Both the position numbers and the translations under genes were made by a program. From assembly GCA_000151265.1 (NCBI GenBank), contig GG663750.1, positions 341,915-373,914 of the forward strand: a stretch of DNA of 32,000 bases, in the 5' to 3' direction. The notes below the pieces were generated by a model, which was not told the DNA's origin, searched no databases, and saw only the letters and a program-made list of their open reading frames with translations. Origin of the DNA: Micromonas pusilla (lineage: Eukaryota). Of the stretch, positions 28,407 to 32,000 are shown piece after piece; the first letter of the stretch is position 1, and every line of letters begins with the position of its first letter.

Positions 28407-28509
28407 GGGGGGCTTTCGAGGCGGCGGGTGGACCCCAGACGACGACGGACTCGCGGAGCCGCTGCTGCTCGAGGACGACGAACAGGAGGACGCGAACGAG
28501 GCGAACTAA
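24613..28509 (+). CDS. OSCA/CSC1/TMEM63-family (DUF221, RSN1_7TM) stress-gated cation channel-like protein, 5 exons
   Basis: join(24613..24949, 25145..25789, 25974..26393, 26578..26771, 26956..28509), phases 1, 1, 1, 0. Family landmarks: an N-terminal TM then GADARDYLRVQRH; VTVLLRRLP; CAFVVFKDRKTADDA; RAPPPSGVLWRNVG; IYVLIPYVLERATAAEKHLTRSG...FKEFWFFLVNLLL; FDLPGQHAFNVTVLACSLSYAALAPVLLVPGTLFFAARYLVHKHNLL. Long low-complexity C-terminus (poly-G, poly-D). All four introns are IEs. Confidence 0.85.
24950..25144 (+). mobile_element. introner element IE-9 (OSCA intron 1)
   Basis: 195 nt. GTCGTCTCAG|GCGCGTCCCGTGCACTGGTTCTCCCCATACGGCC ... GTATGGAACGACCCTCAG|CGCCCG. GC donor, phase 1. CCTTGAGGAC variant. 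Confidence 0.9.
25790..25973 (+). mobile_element. introner element IE-10 (OSCA intron 2)
   Basis: 184 nt. GACGTCTCAG|GTGCGTTCTATACACTGGTCCCC ... GTATGGAACGGTCCTCAG|CCGCGG. Phase 1. Confidence 0.93.
26394..26577 (+). mobile_element. introner element IE-11 (OSCA intron 3)
   Basis: 184 nt. GGCGTCTCAG|GTGCGTTCTATACACTGGTCCCC ... CGTATAAAACGACCCTCAG|CGTCGG. Phase 1. GTTTCATAAGGAC variant, as in IE-2. Confidence 0.93.
26772..26955 (+). mobile_element. introner element IE-12 (OSCA intron 4)
   Basis: 184 nt. ATCTTTCAG|GTGCGTTCTATACACTGGTCCCC ... GTATGGAACGACCCTCAG|TTTCTC. Phase 0. A second in-frame AG lies 12 nt downstream (CCCGCAG|CTT, 26967). Confidence 0.92.
27367..27393 (+). repeat. (GGC)9 coding trinucleotide repeat (poly-Gly) in the OSCA gene
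   Basis: Direct reading. Confidence 0.9.
28186..28212 (+). repeat. (GAC)9 coding repeat (poly-Asp) in the OSCA gene
   Basis: Direct reading; translates to D9. Confidence 0.9.
28375..28404 (+). repeat. (GGC)10 coding repeat (poly-Gly) in the OSCA gene
   Basis: Direct reading. Confidence 0.9.
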
Positions 28510-28514
28510 ACTAC

Positions 28515-28555
28515 CTAGACTAGAGCTACTGCGTTACATGACGAGAACGTGCGAA
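28515..28555 (+). promoter_or_regulatory. conserved 41-nt intergenic motif, copy A
   Basis: CTAGACTAGAGCTACTGCGTTACATGACGAGAACGTGCGAA, 6 nt after the OSCA stop. 35 of 41 positions are identical to 29745..29785. Both copies are preceded by GCGAAC. Confidence 0.4.
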
Positions 28556-28691
28556 AGAGAGGGCCCTTCGTTCCCTTCCCTTCCCGCGGCAGGGAGGTGA
28601 TATCTCGGACGAAACGAGAAAACGAGAAAACGACGCAGACGACGTGGCCTCGTTTCGTTCACTCCCCGCCGCGCCGGGACCACGCGATAAG

Positions 28692-29699
28692 ATGCCGACG
28701 ATCGACGACGTGAACGAGGCTGCCGGCGTCGTGAAAGAGACGTACACGACCGTGATGGCCGAGATGGCCGCCGCGGACGACGAGCTGAAGAGGAAGCGCG
28801 ACGCGCTCGAGGCCGAGAAGCAGAGCATGAAGGGCGCGCACGACGTCCAAAAGTCAAAGATAAAACTTATCGTCGGAGGCGCGACCTTCGTGACGTCGCT
28901 CTCGACGCTAACGTCGATCCCGGGCAACTTCTTCGCGGCGATGTTCTCCGGAAACTACGAGATGCTCCCGGACGACGACGACGGCTCGTACTTCATCGAC
29001 CGCGACGGGACGCACTTCCGTCATATCCTCAACTTTCTTCGCGAGCCAGACTCCACGTCCAATAAGACGTGCTACAACGGTCTGACCAAGTCGGAAAAGT
29101 CCGAGCTCGACAAAGAGCTTCAGTTCTACGGACTCTACGACAGGTTCCACAGCAAGGATTGGAAATTCAGGGAACTGAGCCGCGAGGAAGCCATCGCGGT
29201 GAAGTTCCTCGAGAACGCGCTCGAGAAAGACGAAGGGTACCCTTGCGATAAGGCTGCGATCGAGTCGGCGGTTTCTTTCGCTCGAGCACTGAGCTTCACG
29301 ATGTGCGGCGACCTCCTTAAGAGTTCGTACACCAACAGACACTGGATGATCACCGAGGATATCATCGAGGGCGCCCCAGTGTGGAAGACGACGTTCGGGG
29401 ACTGCGATACACTTTTGATGTATCGTAAGAGTCCTTACAACTACTGCGTGCATCTTTCTGTAACCAATTGGGAACTCATTTGGAACAGGGCACCGCGTGC
29501 GCACACTCCCGTCGCTCCCACCGAAGTGCCAGTGGATTCATGGAGAAGCGGTAAGACCGCGACGGATGCTACCTACCATCACTGCTTCGGAGGCGATGCT
29601 CGGCTGATCCCACAAATACGCTTCATCGACGTCGAAAAGCTCCCTGACGACTACCCGGTGATGCAAAAGGCGCTCGCGCGTCTCGCGGAGCTCGCGTGA
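28692..29699 (+). CDS. BTB/POZ (KCTD/T1-type, BTB_2-like) domain protein with an unrecognised C-terminal half
   Basis: ORF 28644..29699, first ATG 28692 (MPTIDDVNEAAG). A coiled-coil-like stretch (DELKRKRDALEAEKQSMK) precedes IKLIVGGATFVTSLSTLTSIPGNFFAAMFSG...YFIDRDGTHFRHILNFLR, the KCTD T1-type BTB signature. No intron. The 3' half is visibly AT-richer than its neighbours. Confidence 0.8.
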   Translation: MPTIDDVNEAAGVVKETYTTVMAEMAAADDELKRKRDALEAEKQSMKGAHDVQKSKIKLIVGGATFVTSLSTLTSIPGNFFAAMFSGNYEMLPDDDDGSYFIDRDGTHFRHILNFLREPDSTSNKTCYNGLTKSEKSELDKELQFYGLYDRFHSKDWKFRELSREEAIAVKFLENALEKDEGYPCDKAAIESAVSFARALSFTMCGDLLKSSYTNRHWMITEDIIEGAPVWKTTFGDCDTLLMYRKSPYNYCVHLSVTNWELIWNRAPRAHTPVAPTEVPVDSWRSGKTATDATYHHCFGGDARLIPQIRFIDVEKLPDDYPVMQKALARLAELA

Positions 29700-29744
29700 G
29701 AACGAAAAAAAGAGAGACGAACGAACGAACGGAATCGAAGCGAA

Positions 29745-29785
29745 CTAGACTACGTCTACTGCGTTACAAAACGAGAAGGTGCGAA
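29745..29785 (+). promoter_or_regulatory. conserved 41-nt intergenic motif, copy B
   Basis: CTAGACTACGTCTACTGCGTTACAAAACGAGAAGGTGCGAA, 46 nt after the BTB stop and 90 nt beyond the ARID stop on the other strand. Contains TGTAA on the minus strand (29768..29764) and the small palindrome TAGAC-TAC-GTCTA. Confidence 0.4.
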
Positions 29786-29874
29786 CGAAGCGTGCACGCG
29801 AGGTCTCTCCCTTGCCTAGGACGACCGCGTCGCTCGCTCCGCGCATCCCTGTACACCGTCGCGCGACCGCTCGT

Positions 29875-32000
29875 CTACATGAACAGCTCCTCGGACTCGC
29901 GATCGGCGACGCGAAACAAATCCGAGAGGTTCTCCGTCGACGTCATCCCCCCCGGAGTGTTCACGCCGCTCATCGCGCCGCTCCCTCCGCCGCCGTTCAC
30001 GCCGCCCCCGCCGCCGCCCGCGCTTCCCGCGTCCGCCCACAAGTTCGCGTCGAAATCCCCGAGCGAGTCCACCTTCGCGAGCGACGAGCTCCGATACACC
30101 CCCGTCGGGTTTAAATCTCTCAGCGGCGCGCGTCGACCGTCCGGGCTCCTCCGTCCGTCCGCGCCGCCGCCGCCGCCGCTCGACGCCGCGTACGGCACCG
30201 CCTCCGCGCTCGACGGCAGCCACCCGGGCCCGGACACCATCAGCCCGCCGCTGCCGAACGTCGTCGGCGACGGCTCCGGGGATGAATCCCCGCCCAGCGC
30301 GGACGACGGCGTCGCGCCCCCCGCGGCGCCGTCCAATCCCAGCCGCCGCATCCTCGCGCGGAACCCGCTGCCGACGTCGCCGCGCGCGCCGTCGCCGTCG
30401 CCGTCGGCGTGGAGGTTCACGCGGTCGGCGTGGTCCACGGGGGTTTTCATCGACATCGCGAGGGTGGCGGCGTCGCCTTGCCGCATCGCGCGCTCGATGT
30501 GCGCGCGGAGGAGGAGCGCGTCGTCGTCCGCGGCGGAGGACACCGCGTAGGCGTCCTCCACGGCGCGGCGCAGTAACCGCTCGACGGGGGACGCGGACAG
30601 GTCACCGCCGTCCTCGACGTCCATGTCGTCATCGTCTATCGCCTGCGTCTCGTACCTCTGCGGCGGCGGCATCGGCGCGACGAGCGCGTCGTAGTTGGAC
30701 GGCGGCGGAGAGCCGCCCCACCGCATCGCGTGGTCGGTCCAATGCGTCGTCGTCGTCGTCGTCGTCGTCGTCGGGTTCGACTTGGTCGGGTTCCGCGCGC
30801 GCTTCTTCGCCGCCGCGGTCGTCGCGGCGGTGGCCGCGTGTCCTCCGTTCGCGCCGCCCGCCGCTGCTGCCGCAGCCGCCGCCTTCTTCGCGGCCGCCGA
30901 CGGCTTCGCCGACCCCCCCGCGCCCTTCTCGGCTTTCTCCGCGGCGTTCGAGGCGTCCCCCCTCGCCGCCGTCGCCGGCGCCGGCCGCGGCGCCAGGTCC
31001 TGCGGGTGCGCGCGCTCGTACTCCAAAAAGTACTTCTCGTACGTGTTCAGCAGCAGCGTCCCGATGTCCGTGTACGTGTGCCCGTCGTAGTGGTTGCTCA
31101 TCTCTCGGAACACCTCCACCATGGAGAGGTTTTTCCGCGCCGTCGGCCGTTCGACGAAGCCGCCGCGATTGGTAACCTGCGTGGGTGAAGCGATCGGTCA
31201 GTCGAACGTCTTACCGGTCAAACGTTGAAAGGGAAGCGCGGGTGAAGAGTGTCGACGGGAAAAGTCCTTAAGGAACGGCGTGCACCACGCGAACGGGGTT
31301 GTACGGGGAGCAGTCTCACCGCGCGATAGAGGCCGTAGGTGTCGAACGGCTTGTTCGTGCGTTGGAGGCGGCGGTTGAGGGTGTGCGCGAGCTTATCGAA
31401 GTTGACGCCGTTCGCGACGTGCATCTCCTGCGCTCAGCGGAGAGGGGTGGGGACGTGAGGATGGAGTGATGGAGGGAGGGAGGGAGGACGGGGAGAGAGA
31501 GTCCTTAAGGAACGGCGTCCACCTCGCGAACGGGGTCGTATGGGGACCAGTCAGATTCGATTCGATTCGCTGAAAACGAACGATAAAACGACGGTCCGAG
31601 GTTGTTATTTCCGAGGAGACTCGAAGCTCCCGCGGCCGGGATCTCGCGCGCCGCGCCGCGCCGCGCGCTTCCGCGACGCCGCGCCGCCGCCTCCGCGCGC
31701 CTCGACGACTCGCGCACCTTGAACTCGCGCTCGAACGTCTCCCTCGGATCGTCCATCTCTCGCAGCGGCGGTCGTCCGCCGCTCGTCGACGCGAGCGCGT
31801 ACGCGTCGCGCGCCGCGCCGGCTCTTTCCCCCCCCAATCCCACGTCCGGGGAGAAACTCGCGTCGCGTCCTCCGCGCGACGCCAGCGGAGGCGGCGGCGG
31901 CATGAGAAGCGTCTCGAGCGCGGCCTGCTCGAAGTCTTCGAGATGCGGCGGGTTCGTGACGTGCGGCATCGCGTGCGCGTCGTACGCGTGATGGTACTCC
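29875..32000 (-). CDS. ARID/BRIGHT DNA-binding domain protein, at least 3 exons, 5' end beyond the window
   Basis: Secure part: join(31427..31320, 31176..29875), phase 0. It gives ...NFDKLAHTLNRRLQRTNKPFDTYGLYRA|VTNRGGFVERPTARKNLSMVEVFREM...IGTLLLNTYEKYFLEYE (ARID pattern ...LDLY.LY..V...GG...V...W..V......LK..Y.KYL..YE). The upstream exon is tentative: the frame is open from 32000 down, with candidate donor AAG|GTGCGCGAG at 31718/31717 (phase 0). Confidence 0.72.
30745..30771 (-). repeat. (ACG)9 coding repeat (poly-Thr) in the ARID gene
   Basis: Plus strand reads (CGT)9; translates to T9 on the minus strand. Confidence 0.9.
31177..31319 (-). mobile_element. introner element IE-13 (variant sub-family)
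   Basis: 143 nt. TATCGCGCG|GTGAGACTGCTCCCCGTACAACCCCGTTCGCGTGGTGCACGCCGTTCCTTAAGGAC ... TTTCAACGTTTGACCGG...GACTGACCGATCGCTTCACCCACGCAG|GTTACC. Phase 0. The 5' module is IE-like and the 3' module differs from the main family. Confidence 0.85.
31428..31554 (-). mobile_element. IE-14: IE 5' module only, embedded in an intron whose donor is unresolved
   Basis: Sense strand CTGACTGGTCCCCATACGACCCCGTTCGCGAGGTGGACGCCGTTCCTTAAGGAC (31554..31501), then a pyrimidine-rich tail ending GCTGAGCGCAG|GAGATGCAC (acceptor AG 31429..31428). No G(T/C)GCGT lies immediately 5' of the module. Confidence 0.6.

Noticed and set aside
2654-28523. Long overlapping ORFs in the track: 2654..3613(-), 4435..5913(+), 5736..6953(+), 9314..10564(+), 13196..14245(-, upstream part), 13810..15144(+), 21518..22237(+), 22549..23793(-), 24157..25104(+, upstream part), 27267..28523(+) and similar
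   Set aside because: Each is antisense to, or out of frame with, a gene that has clear family motifs. The translations are Arg/Pro/Gly-rich low complexity. High GC suppresses stop codons in all frames.
2140-31560. A recurring peptide in many track ORFs (…[14 protein letters not shown], …GPHTTASAW, …[16 protein letters not shown]…[20 protein letters not shown])
   Set aside because: It is not a conserved protein domain. It is the translation of the introner element in different frames and strands, and it disappears once the introns are removed.
1-32000. Reading the window as a prokaryotic accessory island (operons, defence system, RBS, Rho-independent terminators)
   Set aside because: The genes need spliceosomal intron removal to restore conserved proteins. 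The gene families are eukaryotic (DHHC, ARID, RING1, OSCA, KCTD-BTB, NAXD with transit peptides), the tRNA has a eukaryotic-type intron and a Pol III T-run, and genes alternate strands with no operon logic.

Overview
This is eukaryotic nuclear DNA, not prokaryotic. It is GC-rich and very gene-dense: about 19 protein genes on both strands, spacers often under 300 bp, short spliceosomal introns and one intron-containing tRNA-Ile(AAU). Gene content (transit-peptide-like N-termini, HPAT-type glycosyltransferase, CP12-like protein, TspO, OSCA/CSC1 channel) and composition suggest a prasinophyte green alga. The dominant signal is a roughly 184-nt sequence that recurs as 14 introns in 8 genes. Every copy is sense-oriented, and removing it restores conserved protein sequence. 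From memory (no search possible) this matches the introner elements (IEs) of Micromonas pusilla CCMP1545 (Worden et al. 2009; Huff, Zilberman and Roy 2016). The main system is therefore probably already described. The details I could read and think worth checking are these. (1) 6 of 13 resolved IE introns have GC rather than GT donors. (2) The terminal xAG of the element co-varies with the exon triplet upstream, which looks like a target-site duplication. (3) Five copies are exactly 184 nt, and IE-bounded exons are 192/194/213/420/645 nt. (4) IE sub-lineages are shared between unrelated genes. (5) Half and rearranged elements are present. The window also holds three duplications: an inverted pair of triple zinc-ribbon genes, two Sel1-repeat/MYND genes, and a copied 5' module of an ankyrin-like gene fused to a 36-bp minisatellite. 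Other features are a tRNA-Ile(AAU) with a 70-nt intron and several short conserved intergenic motifs. Many long ORFs in the supplied track are alternate-frame or antisense artefacts of GC-rich DNA, or read-through of IEs. All coordinates and splice junctions were derived by hand from the sequence and from remembered family motifs. No BLAST, HMM or RNA evidence was available.
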